Both the position numbers and the translations under genes were made by a program. This document shows positions 33,853-43,981 of a DNA stretch of 64,000 nucleotides, piece by piece. The notes beneath the pieces were generated by a model. It made no database searches. It saw only the letters and a list, made by a program, of their open reading frames with translations, and was not told where the DNA came from. The number at the start of each line of letters is the position of its first letter. Position 1 is the first letter of the stretch. Location: the IMG/VR virus record IMGVR_UViG_3300031994_000034, one strand, 5' to 3'. Origin of the DNA: a virus.

Positions 33853-34239
33853 ATGAGCAAACGAAAATCCCTGCAGCCCTGGCTCGAATACTTCGACATG
33901 CTGCACACCTACGAGCAGAAAGGCTACTTGGAGGTGAAGCCCGAGAAGCACGAGGCGTACATCACCCGTGCGGCGCTCTGCACCCTAAGCCCCACCCCGG
34001 ACCTCCCCGAAGGAGAGGGGGGCGCTGCCGACACCCGCGTCCTCGACACGGCCCGCCGTCTGTGCACCTACGCCGCCTACCGCTCCGCCTCCGACGCAGA
34101 CTACGACAAGTATGCCTTCGCCCTCCACGTCGTGAAGGAGGAACCGCCCCATGATGTTCTTTGCACCCTCCTCCTTACCCGCAAAAGGAACTGGCTCGGC
34201 ATCAGACTGGAGCGAGTGGAAGTCATCAACTACGAGTAG
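33853..34239 (+). CDS. hypothetical protein
   Basis: 128-aa ORF. Confidence 0.6.
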   Translation: MSKRKSLQPWLEYFDMLHTYEQKGYLEVKPEKHEAYITRAALCTLSPTPDLPEGEGGAADTRVLDTARRLCTYAAYRSASDADYDKYAFALHVVKEEPPHDVLCTLLLTRKRNWLGIRLERVEVINYE

Positions 34240-34248
34240 AGGTGAACA

Positions 34249-34971
34249 ATGGACAAGCAAGAATGGATAGACGAGGCCTGCGAATGGCTGAGGAATAATC
34301 TGCCATACAGCTCTAAGCCGCCTCTGCAACTCATCGCGGAGTTTCGTGAAGCTATGACCGCCGGGCAGTCGGATGGCGACTCGTCCGACCCTGTCGGTTT
34401 CGAGACATTCTGGCGCGAATACGATAAGAAGGTAGAACGCCGCAAGGCCGAAGCCCTATGGAAGCGACTCTCCAAGCGTGATCGCACGGCGGCAATGGCA
34501 TACCTCCCTCTGTACAAGCAGGCAAAGCCCGACAAGCAGTTCCGCAAGAATCCCGCCGTCTTCCTGCGCAACCACACGTGGGAGGACGAACTCATCGGCC
34601 TGCCGCAGGAAACTGCGAAAGCGGACAAACAACAGCAGGATGCTCCACCACCTACGCACGACGAGTTTGGCACACGCATCAATGCCGGCATCACGCCCGG
34701 AGAGCATCAGGCATTTGCCCTGCTGAAGGAAGACCTGTTAAGGGCCTGGTCGCGCCACAAGGATGAGCAGAACGGCCAATCGTTACGGCAGTTGCTTGGC
34801 GACTTGGAGCTGACAGCCATCAGCGACCAGACACGCTGCGTCTGTCTTGGCAGCCGGAACTTCTCTTTCACAAGAGAGAACACCGTGCCGTGGTTCTGGG
34901 TGCCCGACGCATTCGACCGTATCGTTGCCTTGCGCTTCAATGGCTATGGCTGGACTGTTAAAAACCCTTAA
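34249..34971 (+). CDS. hypothetical conserved phage protein
   Basis: 240-aa ORF and the last gene of the + strand early block. Confidence 0.7.
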   Translation: MDKQEWIDEACEWLRNNLPYSSKPPLQLIAEFREAMTAGQSDGDSSDPVGFETFWREYDKKVERRKAEALWKRLSKRDRTAAMAYLPLYKQAKPDKQFRKNPAVFLRNHTWEDELIGLPQETAKADKQQQDAPPPTHDEFGTRINAGITPGEHQAFALLKEDLLRAWSRHKDEQNGQSLRQLLGDLELTAISDQTRCVCLGSRNFSFTRENTVPWFWVPDAFDRIVALRFNGYGWTVKNP

Positions 34972-34990
34972 AACATGTTGGAAAAATGAC

Positions 34991-35026
34991 AAAAAAAGCC
35001 GCTATCCTCACGGGTGGCGGCTTTTC
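34991..35026. terminator. bidirectional terminator between convergent blocks
   Basis: A7 run, a 10-bp stem (gccgctatcc / gggtggcggc with G-U pairs), a 4-nt loop, then a T4 run. Confidence 0.75.
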
Positions 35027-35061
35027 TGCAACATTACTAACATAAAATTGCTATGAAGAAC

Positions 35062-35328
35062 TCACTCTTTGTCATCTTGCTGCTTGCGTATGAAGTCGGC
35101 CAGCTCCTGCTTTGTCCGGTGCTCAAACTCGCCAAGGCGAGTCTTGAAATATATACTTACTCCGAAGATGCCTCCGGCATAAATCAGAGCCTGGCTAATG
35201 TACCACAACACACCATCGGCGATGTCGTAGTTGTTGAGAAAGAACGAGAGGAAAGCCAGCACAATTCCGCTCACCACCATTGCCACGGCTGTGCCGTACT
35301 GAATCCATTCTTTTGTGTTTGATTCCAT
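35062..35328 (-). CDS. small two-TM membrane protein (holin candidate)
   Basis: ATG (MESNTKEW...) within track ORF 35062..35373, with two hydrophobic helices and a charged C-terminus. The holin role is inferred from topology only. Confidence 0.55.
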   Translation of the reverse strand: MESNTKEWIQYGTAVAMVVSGIVLAFLSFFLNNYDIADGVLWYISQALIYAGGIFGVSIYFKTRLGEFEHRTKQELADFIRKQQDDKE

Positions 35329-35395
35329 TGTTTCTGAGTTTGCGTTTCGTTTACTGGAAATATAGATATTCAATGTGCGAAAATCAAGGGCGACT

Positions 35396-35423
35396 CATAA
35401 TTGTGAATTGCGAATTATGAATT
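35396..35423 (-). repeat. heptamer array (AATTCAT AATTCGC AATTCAC AATTATG on the - strand)
   Basis: Read directly. Same orientation as the - strand genes. Confidence 0.85.
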
Positions 35424-35427
35424 AGCT

Positions 35428-36507
35428 TCATCCTTCCAGTGCCAGCGTCACTGTGAACTCCACACTTGCCATCGTCTGTTTCGCGCGATCATAGATGCCT
35501 GTCTGCTTCTTGGCCGGCGCCACCACCACGGGCACAAACTTACCCTGGTACCGCATCCACCACTGCCGGGCCATCAGAAACTCCGCTGTCCACCATTCGG
35601 CCCACTCGCGTGTCTGAAGTCCGCTCGACATGGCCCAACTCCTCCTCCCACCGCTGGCTACAGCCATCAGCGACCGCGACGGGCGGAATGTCGGACGTTC
35701 CACCCTTGCATATTGTGTGGTGTCCACTTCTATGCCCATCGACTCCTTCATCAGTGCGCTACACGTCTCCACGGCTCCGCGCCGGTTTACAAACAGAAAG
35801 TCGGTGTAGTTCTGCGTGTCGCGCACCACCAGCGGCGCGTGGGGCCTGGGCGAATCGCTGTTTCCGCTACCGCCGCTGAACGTGGCTGGGTAGAACGTGC
35901 TTTGTGTATATCCCTGCTGCAGGTCGGTCCACGACGTGATACTGTCCCGTCCCACCCGCTCCGGCGTGCTCGTCGGTTTCGTGCTGGCGTCGCCGTTGCG
36001 CAGGTTCGTCTCGTTCCAGTAGGAAACGTCGGCATCCTCCTCCTCCGGGATATTGCTCCGCTCCCACTCCGTCAGCCGACCGATGCAGCACTGTCCGCCG
36101 GCGAATGTTCCGCAGTCGGCGGTTGTGTATTTTCCATCCTTACTGTCAAGATATTCGGTATAGACGGTTAGCGAATAGCTGCGGTATAAGCGCCCGTAAG
36201 CGCTGGCCGATGTGGCAGTCAATGTCTGAGTGGCTGCCGCCACTTCATGCTCGAACTTGAAGCCCGACCAGATGGCCCGCAGCGCCGAGCTGATGTCGAA
36301 ACTGATTTCCGTCTGTCCGCCTGTGTCGAAGCAAAACTCGCCCACCACGCTGCCCGCATACTTCACCTGCACGCGCACCACGGTGAACGGGCTCGTCACC
36401 GTCTCGCCCCAGTACAAGCCACTGATTTTTATTACCACGGGAGAGTCGGCGAAGTAGGTGTGTCCCTCGCCAAACATCCCGGAAATTGTTACCGTATTCG
36501 ATGCCAT
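35428..36507 (-). CDS. virion structural protein (function unknown)
   Basis: ATG (MASNTVTISG...) within track ORF 35428..36582. It lies downstream of the 1215-aa structural gene. Confidence 0.65.
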   Translation of the reverse strand: MASNTVTISGMFGEGHTYFADSPVVIKISGLYWGETVTSPFTVVRVQVKYAGSVVGEFCFDTGGQTEISFDISSALRAIWSGFKFEHEVAAATQTLTATSASAYGRLYRSYSLTVYTEYLDSKDGKYTTADCGTFAGGQCCIGRLTEWERSNIPEEEDADVSYWNETNLRNGDASTKPTSTPERVGRDSITSWTDLQQGYTQSTFYPATFSGGSGNSDSPRPHAPLVVRDTQNYTDFLFVNRRGAVETCSALMKESMGIEVDTTQYARVERPTFRPSRSLMAVASGGRRSWAMSSGLQTREWAEWWTAEFLMARQWWMRYQGKFVPVVVAPAKKQTGIYDRAKQTMASVEFTVTLALEG

Positions 36508-36600
36508 ACGCCAGTCTTTTTGTAGGGAAAATAAGTCCATCCCGAGCAAAAAGCAAGGGCAGACGGGCCGTGTCTGTCCCACCGTCTCATGTCACTTCCG

Positions 36601-36683
36601 GAAGATGTGAGTATTACTTCGGCAACATTCGAGTATTGCATGGTGTAACATTCGAGTATTGCGCCGACAATACTCACATCTTC
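36601..36683. repeat. 15-bp perfect inverted repeat (GAAGATGTGAGTATT / AATACTCACATCTTC) enclosing two 16-bp direct repeats (AACATTCGAGTATTGC)
   Basis: Read directly. It is intergenic, between two - strand structural genes. Confidence 0.85.
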
Positions 36684-36703
36684 TAAGAGCAACATGAGAT
36701 GGC

Positions 36704-39700
36704 TTAGATATACATAATCTCCATCGTCACCAGTCCTAATCCCGATTGGTTGCTCACCTGATATTCCATCTTGCGGATAAAGCCAGTAATGTCGCCCACA
36801 CGGACACGTTTCGTCTTGTCGATGCTGAGCAACTGCGCCAACTCCATGCGCACGGTCATCCTGGCGATGCGGGCATTGCGCACCCAGTAGGAATACTCCT
36901 TGTAGAACTGGTCCATCAGGCCCCTGCCCCGCAGGTTCGGGTTGGTGATTTCCAGATAGCGACGGTTGATAGCGCTGATGTTTACAGGTTCCACTTCTTC
37001 TCCTTCTGCAGCATAATAGACAGCCTGAAGTTGGTGCAGAATTTCCGCACGCTCTTCTGTGGTGTCAATGTCGAGAATAAGATGCTGTGTGTCATGCGCA
37101 ATGATTTTAGAACTTGCCAACCCTTCAAACGTATTCACATAACTTTGCAGTTGTTCAGGAGAAAACACCGTGCCATCTTCGCATATTGGAGTCCATAGTA
37201 TCTCATGCACTTTCCCGTCGCTGTACTCTACGCCCTTTCCGATGCTGTATATAGTGGCATAGTCACCCGCTTCGGCGCTCCATCCTGCGGCCCTCATAGT
37301 GGCCCCGCTAACAATCGGACGTGCGAGCAGGTTGGTATTGGCCGTCTTGTAAAGGCTCTGCATTGCTTTTGCAGCTTCGGTTTTGGTTTTTATCACACCG
37401 CCAAGTGTCGGGTCAAAGTCGGGATTGGGCTTCTCGGAGCGGAGCTTCAAGGACACAGCTCCACTTGTGGAAGTCTCGTCGTCGTAGTCGTAACAGGCGA
37501 TGGCGTTACCTTCATTATAGTAAGTCGCGACGTTTTTCAGGACGTCGCTTGGCTTTGTCGGATTTATTCCGATGATCATATTACTGGCATAAATGCCTTG
37601 CCAGGTATGTCCAGCTGCATCCCTTGCGAGTATGGTGTCGATGTCTGTGGGGGGAGTGTCGTCGGTTCCGTTCTGCAAATAAGAGATGTATTCCTGCATG
37701 AAATCGTATCGCATCAGTGCGTTGTTGCCGTTGACGCAGCACAGCCAGATGGTATATGTATCCCCGTCGGCGCTCATTATGGTGTCTGCCGTTGCATAAT
37801 ACCCCTCGTTTGACAGGAGTAGAAGTCTCGGCCTGTCAGATATGTAGTAAGTGTCTATAATGTTATATATATCGGGGCGGCGTGGATGAGGACCCTTTCT
37901 GGTTTTGAGGTCACATTGGTTTGTACACCCAGCCTCTGCGAGCAGCTTATCTCCATACTCATAACCTGTAAACGGTTGCATGGTACTCCGTAACCATAGT
38001 TCGCCCATGTCATTGCAAATATCAGGGTTTGCAGAGGCTGAATCACCTGGCATGGTAATCCAATAGTCATTCCCCTCGCCCTCTTCCGTGTCAGACTCAT
38101 ATATTGTGCGGCCCGCGTAGAGAGAAGAGGTGCTTCCGCGCAAAATGCCCAAAGACAATCCCCAATCCATATCTTCCAGTGGCGACAGCATTTCGTCGGT
38201 AATCTTGAAGTTGTCGTCCAGATATAGTCGATAGCCTTCGCGGATCCACCCCGTCAGCTTATAAGTGAACGTCCGTCCATTTTTCGTGAAAGAGATTGTC
38301 TCGTTTCCATTTTCGTCGGTGGCCTTGAAGGAGACCGGAGTGGCAACTTCGAGAAGGCCGCTCCTATACTTAGGCTCTTCCTTTGTGTTTGTATAGCCCC
38401 CATTGCTATATATGAGGCTATCTTTCATCTTTTCCAGAAATTCGGATGGTGTGGTATCAATAGCTCTTTTATAGTTATTTGACTGCCCAAGATATTGGGC
38501 GGCTGCGTCGGCGTTTTTGTATGGCACGCCCATCTCTTTGCTTATGAAGAATGCGTAGTTCATGCCGACGCGGCTGTAATCTATAAGTGACGTGTCAGTA
38601 CTGGAGGCTCCAGACGGTTCTTCAACGGCAGACATGATGGCTGGGGTGAAGTTGATGTGAACCTCCTCGATCGTTTCGTCCTCTCCAGTGCAGTTGCCAT
38701 CCTCTGCATCCATATACTGTGCGCATTCAAAAAGCGAGGGGAACGGATCGTTGCTGGCATCCTTGAAATCCTCGTCAATCTTTACGACGTAGGAATTACC
38801 CGTATTCATTGCCACGTAGCATGTCGGGCTTAGGCACTTAGCGTTGTTTAATATGGGCGTATAGTTTTCGTAGAACTCAAACTTTGTATAATCGTGTGCC
38901 TCGGGTGGAAGTTCCCAGTTGCCTTCGTTTTTTTTCTTTGCAAGCAAGAATCCCTTATAGTTGTATGCCGTATTATCCTCGCCTCCGCCGTAGGTGAGGC
39001 GAAAGCCGCGAACACAATTATCTCTTTTTTCTGCAGAAATAATGGTTCCTTGTATCTCGTGAATGTCCTGTGAGCGGAATATATTCCTCAGTAGAAGAAC
39101 TCGGACCAGTGTGTAGTCCTTGTTAAATGCGAGGCGAACGCCGAAGCCTGATTCCAGCCCATTGATCACTTCTTGAATGTCCACGTCGGGAAAGTTGCCG
39201 CTCGTGGCATAGGCAGGCTGCCAAGTTACATCCTCTACGCCAACGCCAACGTTGGTTATCACTGCTTCGTCTATATCAAACGCCTCATAAAAATTTTTTT
39301 CCCATGCCGGCTCGGCTTTTATCGACCATGAGGGCTCTTCAGTAGATGGCTGCGGAACAAATGGAGTTGATTTCCCGAATGGCATATAGTCGCCTCTGTA
39401 AGTCTTGTCGTCTTTTGTTTTGTATGCGCACTTGGTATTGACAAAGAACAGACGGCACAAATCTTCGACGTTCAGCATCTGATTTTCCTCTATGGTAATC
39501 CCGAGGTGTTTCATTAAAAGTTTGAACCAGTACAGTACGTAGAAGTTGGGAGCCGGGTTGATGCGGCGTGGCGAACTCACGTGGTAGCCTCTGATGGCAT
39601 TTTCCTCCATGCTGGAACCGTTGCTTTTGTATTCGCGGTCCTGATAGCATATCGTCACATTGCAATATGGGTGTCCATCGTCATAGGCAATGTCTGTATT

Positions 39701-40351
39701 GATGGTGTCGGCTACGCTTAGCGTGTATTCGTCATCAGTGTCGGATTCCTTCCATGTTCCGTCTGGCCTGACAAATTTCGGAAATATCTGCGACTTAAAA
39801 TCCTTGCTTACTAATCGCGCATTATTAAGCAATAAGTATGTGGGTGGGTAGCCAAATGTACGATCAATATTGCTTAGGTGTGAAACTCTGATTTCGACAT
39901 TGGTTCTGAGAAGTTCCCTTTCTCTGTCCACCGCCATACCGATGAGTATGTCGTCTGATATAGGAACCTGATTGGCCTTTGCCCCTTCTATCATTTCCTC
40001 AAACGTTTTCTGGCCAGACTCAAAAGTGACATCCACGTTTCCGTCCTTGTCCACCTCCACCTCGTCGGCCAGGCGCAGGTAGCCCAGGAAGAGAGGCAGC
40101 CCCTCCACCCACAGCCGGGCCTTGCGCTTGTCAATCTGTTCGTGCAGGCGCGAGCCGTGCATCTCTCCGGCAGTACCGAATATGTGTGCGTTAGCGGGTA
40201 TATTCAGCTGGAAGTCGTGACTCCACAAGTTACCCTTGTCGAATATCTCCGACGTGTCCGTGATGCTGATAGACGCATTCTCAGGCAGCCACGCATATTG
40301 CGATGCCCCGTTTTTCTCTCTCGACAGTATTTCCAGTGCCAGATGTTCCAT
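36704..40351 (-). CDS. large virion structural protein (tail/baseplate or fibre candidate), 1215 aa
   Basis: Long uninterrupted ORF adjacent to the fibre/DGR module. No catalytic motif recognised. Confidence 0.8.
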   Translation of the reverse strand: MEHLALEILSREKNGASQYAWLPENASISITDTSEIFDKGNLWSHDFQLNIPANAHIFGTAGEMHGSRLHEQIDKRKARLWVEGLPLFLGYLRLADEVEVDKDGNVDVTFESGQKTFEEMIEGAKANQVPISDDILIGMAVDRERELLRTNVEIRVSHLSNIDRTFGYPPTYLLLNNARLVSKDFKSQIFPKFVRPDGTWKESDTDDEYTLSVADTINTDIAYDDGHPYCNVTICYQDREYKSNGSSMEENAIRGYHVSSPRRINPAPNFYVLYWFKLLMKHLGITIEENQMLNVEDLCRLFFVNTKCAYKTKDDKTYRGDYMPFGKSTPFVPQPSTEEPSWSIKAEPAWEKNFYEAFDIDEAVITNVGVGVEDVTWQPAYATSGNFPDVDIQEVINGLESGFGVRLAFNKDYTLVRVLLLRNIFRSQDIHEIQGTIISAEKRDNCVRGFRLTYGGGEDNTAYNYKGFLLAKKKNEGNWELPPEAHDYTKFEFYENYTPILNNAKCLSPTCYVAMNTGNSYVVKIDEDFKDASNDPFPSLFECAQYMDAEDGNCTGEDETIEEVHINFTPAIMSAVEEPSGASSTDTSLIDYSRVGMNYAFFISKEMGVPYKNADAAAQYLGQSNNYKRAIDTTPSEFLEKMKDSLIYSNGGYTNTKEEPKYRSGLLEVATPVSFKATDENGNETISFTKNGRTFTYKLTGWIREGYRLYLDDNFKITDEMLSPLEDMDWGLSLGILRGSTSSLYAGRTIYESDTEEGEGNDYWITMPGDSASANPDICNDMGELWLRSTMQPFTGYEYGDKLLAEAGCTNQCDLKTRKGPHPRRPDIYNIIDTYYISDRPRLLLLSNEGYYATADTIMSADGDTYTIWLCCVNGNNALMRYDFMQEYISYLQNGTDDTPPTDIDTILARDAAGHTWQGIYASNMIIGINPTKPSDVLKNVATYYNEGNAIACYDYDDETSTSGAVSLKLRSEKPNPDFDPTLGGVIKTKTEAAKAMQSLYKTANTNLLARPIVSGATMRAAGWSAEAGDYATIYSIGKGVEYSDGKVHEILWTPICEDGTVFSPEQLQSYVNTFEGLASSKIIAHDTQHLILDIDTTEERAEILHQLQAVYYAAEGEEVEPVNISAINRRYLEITNPNLRGRGLMDQFYKEYSYWVRNARIARMTVRMELAQLLSIDKTKRVRVGDITGFIRKMEYQVSNQSGLGLVTMEIMYI

Positions 40352-40358
40352 AGCAAGT

Positions 40359-40386
40359 CTTATTACTCTGATGCTCGGATTACTTC
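40359..40386 (-). repeat. 9-bp-type array in the 5' leader of the 1215-aa gene
   Basis: The - strand reads GAAGTAATCC GAGCATCA GAGTAATAA between the ATTGCAG box and the ATG. Confidence 0.7.
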
Positions 40387-40395
40387 AATTTCCGA

Positions 40396-40434
40396 CTGCA
40401 ATATCGCCAAATCCCTTACCGAAATCAAGGGCAG
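40396..40434 (-). promoter_or_regulatory. late promoter-like motif P1 (CTGCCCTTGAT-N21-ATTGCAG)
   Basis: One of six copies of the CTTGCCCTTGAY ... ATTGCRG pattern, 45 nt upstream of start 40351. Confidence 0.5.
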
Positions 40435-40438
40435 AGTC

Positions 40439-40475
40439 CTTGCCCTTGACGCACGAGGGAGGTTGCGGTATTTTT
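40439..40475 (+). promoter_or_regulatory. late promoter-like motif P2 (CTTGCCCTTGACG-N17-TATTTTTA)
   Basis: Back-to-back with P1. Their upstream boxes form the palindrome TCAAGGGCA-gagtcc-TTGCCCTTGA. Confidence 0.45.
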
Positions 40476-40649
40476 ATGGCAGATAACTTTAACGCAACTA
40501 TCATGGCAAACGACACAGCGACCATCGACCCCCGCTACCTCACCTACAACAAGAACGAGGTGCAGGCGTTGCTCGACAAGGTGAACGCCGAGACCGTGGC
40601 AACGGAAGAAAGTGTAAGAAACATCGTGACGAACTATCCAACAGAGTGA
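40476..40649 (+). CDS. small protein upstream of the DGR target (57 aa)
   Basis: ATG (MADNFNAT...) within track ORF 40236..40649. The C-terminal 'ESVRNIVTNY' is shared with the next ORF. Confidence 0.5.
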   Translation: MADNFNATIMANDTATIDPRYLTYNKNEVQALLDKVNAETVATEESVRNIVTNYPTE

Positions 40650-40653
40650 GAAA

Positions 40654-40989
40654 ATGGCTAAGCAACCAGACCTGACCGGGCTCACACACATCGTGGCCCA
40701 GCAGCTGCACCTCTACTACGAGCTGCAGCCCGACGGGACGAAAGTCCTGCGACACATCCGAGTGAACAACCACAGTCTCAACGTGCCGGAAGGTATCACC
40801 ATCGACGACCTGCCCGCCGACATCATCGGCAAAGAGCAGATGAAACAGAACAGCGTGGGTTCGTCGGAGATTGAGGACGATACCGTCGGCCTGGACGACC
40901 TGAATCCGAGCGTCCGCGAAGCTATCGAAGCTGCGGAGCCTGTGGCATCGGAGACCGACGTGCGTGACATTATCAAGAATTATCAATAA
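40654..40989 (+). CDS. hypothetical protein (fibre-associated?)
   Basis: 111-aa ORF. The C-terminal 'TDVRDIIKNY' parallels the preceding ORF. Confidence 0.6.
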   Translation: MAKQPDLTGLTHIVAQQLHLYYELQPDGTKVLRHIRVNNHSLNVPEGITIDDLPADIIGKEQMKQNSVGSSEIEDDTVGLDDLNPSVREAIEAAEPVASETDVRDIIKNYQ

Positions 40990-41006
40990 CAAACACAGAC
41001 AGAATT

Positions 41007-43940
41007 ATGACAAGCACAGACAGAATCACACTGGCCAGACTCGCAGCCTTCCACGACGAACTGCGCAAGGGCCTCAAGAAGGGCGACATCGACGTCAACG
41101 CCAAGAACCTCACATCCTGGGACGAGCGCGACGCGCTGGCCGTGCAGAGCTCGTTCGCAACACTCGTCCGTACCACCGCAGGCGAAGATTCCATCGACAG
41201 CGAGCGCGGAGCACGGCCCGTGAGTCTCGTGGCAATCTCCGACTTCAGCGCCGCCGAACTGCGCGAGACGGGATTCAACCTCCTGCGCAACGCACCCACC
41301 GTGGGAGCGGGCTACTACATGCTGTTGCCCAAAATGGAGTTCGGCTCCTACGGCACCGCAAACAAGGTTAACGGACTGCTCTTCACCGACAAGGACGGCA
41401 ACAACCTCACCCCCACCGTGCGCTTCCGCCCCCTCAGCCAGGGCGCTCCGACGCGCGTCACCGACGGCGACGCCTGCACCTATGTGGACAGCAACGGTCT
41501 CCGATTCTACACCACCCCCGACGTGGGCTACGTCATCGTCAGCGGCATCAACCCCGCACAGGTATGCGCACACCTGGCCTGGAGTCGGCGCTACGATGAG
41601 TATGTCGCCATCGACAGCGAGGCCGACACAGGCTCCACCATCAACCTCTCGGCCATCATCACGGCCTGCCACGACTTCGGGCTCCTGCTCGTGGCCACGC
41701 AGAACGGCATCACCGTGGCCGACAGCATCACCTTCGGCGACACCGCAGCCACGTGGCACCGTCGCGTGGGGCGCACTCAACCCGCGTGGACCAACACGCA
41801 GCAGGAGAGCGGAGAGTGGCTACACGAAGCCACCATTGCCGATATGAAGGCTGGAGGCGTCGTGGAGTGCGGAGAACTCGCACTGACCAGTGCCGGACAG
41901 ACCGTCAGCTACACCGACCGCAACGAGGATGCCACGACCGCCTACGTCAAGTACGAACTCGCCACCGTGGTCACAGGCACCGTCGCCGTCTCGCCCCTGA
42001 TGAAGGTCGAGGACTGGGGAGTAGAGGTGCTGACGCAGGCCACGGGCACCGCCGAGGTGACTCTCCAGTACGCGCAGAACTACCCCGACGCCGTGGCCGA
42101 GATGGTCAACGGTGGAGTGCAGCGACGCACTGCAGCGCTGGAGGCGCAGATCCTGGCCCTGCAGCAGGCCGTAGGCGGCATCGGAGCCAAGGCCGAAGGA
42201 TACATCCGCGTGGCAGGCTCATCCGACCCCGCACTCAGCTACAAGAGCTACAAGTTCGACGAGACGGGTGGCTTCCAGCGCGACAGCGTGTTCAACATGC
42301 TCTACCCCTGTCTTGTTGGTACCAAGCTCACCGGCGACAATACTCAGGTGGGAAAAATCCTCTACGTCCTGAAAAAACTCGGCGCACGCACAGCCACGGC
42401 TGCCGACGCTGGCTTCACCGAGGGGCAGGCCGTATGGGACGACATCTACGGCACACCCCATGCCATTGACGGCTCCGAGGGCGACGTCATGATTACCAAC
42501 ATCGACCTCTACTACCGCATCAAAGGCAAGTTCCCCGTGCAGGGCACGGAGTATGACGTATATCTCGTCGCACCCACGCCATTCACCTGGCAGGGCTACG
42601 AGGCCGAGGCAGTGACGCGCCGCGGCGTCAGCCCCGACTACTGCGTCAGCCACACCGACACCGACAGCGTGGTGCGTATGCACTCCGTCTATAACCCCGC
42701 GTGGGACGGCTCCTACAACGCGCCCGCAGGCGTGGTGGGTAAGTACATCTACAGCCAGGACGCGCAGACGGGAGTAATCACCGAGCAGTACGACGAAACG
42801 GCTACCTTGCTTGGCGGGGCAGGAGGATGCAGCAGCACCGACCTCGCACTCTACACGGGCGAGCAACACGCCATGAACCACAACCCGGACACCACGAAGA
42901 TGCTGCCCTTCGCCAACCAGACGGCAGCCTCCGTCGAGGACTGGTACGCACTCATGCTTGCCGAGGGCGGCACCTTTGATGCCCACAAGGCAGCACTCAT
43001 GGGCAGCGGATTCTCCAGCAACGACCCCGCCACCTCTGCCGCCGACTGGGAGGAGAGCGCCGCAGGGGCCAAGAACGGCATACGCATCTACGACAAGGAG
43101 GGGGTTCCAAGGTACTACTCGCCATCCGGCAACGCTGAGACCACTATCGGTCTGACGGACAGCGCGGACAAGCTCTTCGGAACCATCGTCAACTCGTACC
43201 GCACGCCCTTCAAGGTGATGGAGGCTCACCGCGCCGTCAGCTACGCCGTCGCCCACGGCATCGGCGAGCTGCAGTGGTTCATCTTCGAGGGCAACAAATA
43301 CAAGTACCGCTCGGTCGATGGCTTTGCCGGACCGCAGCAGGGCGAGATGACTTGCGTGGTGTGGAAGATGCTCTCCACCAAGCTCGGAGCATCATGCTTC
43401 GACCCCACCGACAAGACCACCAGCATCGAAGGCCACCGCATAGATTTCCTCTTCTCGACAGCCCTCTTCCACGGCATCACCACGCAGGTGTCACCGTCGT
43501 GGTGGGTGAGCGGTCTCGTCTTTACCGAGGACGAGAACCAGGCCTACGAGGCATACCTCCAGATCGACCCGTCCAAGCTCGCGCTGACACCCAACGGTGA
43601 GAAGGACGTGGCCGACAGCTGGCCCTTCGAGCAGGACTACGAGCACGCCGCCTCATACGCCTCCGGCAGCGGCTACCGCAAGAACTACGCCCGTCAGTCG
43701 CTCTTCCTCGCACCCGACAATGCCAACAAGAGCGGCGCAGGACTCCACACCTACATCGGTGCGTATAATTACTACTCAGGCACTGCGGCTGCAGCAGGCA
43801 AGAAAGCGGTGCGCGGCTTCCGGCGCGGCGCCCGCGTGATCAACGCGTACCTGTCTCCGCTCTGCGTGGTCGCCGGCAGTGCGCCCTCGTACGCGTACAC
43901 GGGCCTCGCGTTCGGCACCTGTGTGCGCATCGTGGACTGA
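41007..43940 (+). CDS. DGR target protein: 977-aa tail-fibre/receptor-binding candidate with a C-terminal variable region
   Basis: Long late ORF. Its last 45 codons contain the VR that matches the downstream TR except at TR adenines. Confidence 0.9.
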   Translation: MTSTDRITLARLAAFHDELRKGLKKGDIDVNAKNLTSWDERDALAVQSSFATLVRTTAGEDSIDSERGARPVSLVAISDFSAAELRETGFNLLRNAPTVGAGYYMLLPKMEFGSYGTANKVNGLLFTDKDGNNLTPTVRFRPLSQGAPTRVTDGDACTYVDSNGLRFYTTPDVGYVIVSGINPAQVCAHLAWSRRYDEYVAIDSEADTGSTINLSAIITACHDFGLLLVATQNGITVADSITFGDTAATWHRRVGRTQPAWTNTQQESGEWLHEATIADMKAGGVVECGELALTSAGQTVSYTDRNEDATTAYVKYELATVVTGTVAVSPLMKVEDWGVEVLTQATGTAEVTLQYAQNYPDAVAEMVNGGVQRRTAALEAQILALQQAVGGIGAKAEGYIRVAGSSDPALSYKSYKFDETGGFQRDSVFNMLYPCLVGTKLTGDNTQVGKILYVLKKLGARTATAADAGFTEGQAVWDDIYGTPHAIDGSEGDVMITNIDLYYRIKGKFPVQGTEYDVYLVAPTPFTWQGYEAEAVTRRGVSPDYCVSHTDTDSVVRMHSVYNPAWDGSYNAPAGVVGKYIYSQDAQTGVITEQYDETATLLGGAGGCSSTDLALYTGEQHAMNHNPDTTKMLPFANQTAASVEDWYALMLAEGGTFDAHKAALMGSGFSSNDPATSAADWEESAAGAKNGIRIYDKEGVPRYYSPSGNAETTIGLTDSADKLFGTIVNSYRTPFKVMEAHRAVSYAVAHGIGELQWFIFEGNKYKYRSVDGFAGPQQGEMTCVVWKMLSTKLGASCFDPTDKTTSIEGHRIDFLFSTALFHGITTQVSPSWWVSGLVFTEDENQAYEAYLQIDPSKLALTPNGEKDVADSWPFEQDYEHAASYASGSGYRKNYARQSLFLAPDNANKSGAGLHTYIGAYNYYSGTAAAAGKKAVRGFRRGARVINAYLSPLCVVAGSAPSYAYTGLAFGTCVRIVD
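43808..43922 (+). other. DGR variable region (VR)
   Basis: 115-nt gap-free match to 44188..44302. All 18 mismatches lie at TR adenines. Confidence 0.9.
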
Positions 43941-43981
43941 GACGAAGACAGAGGAGCGTAGCGACGACGAAAGCGAAAACC

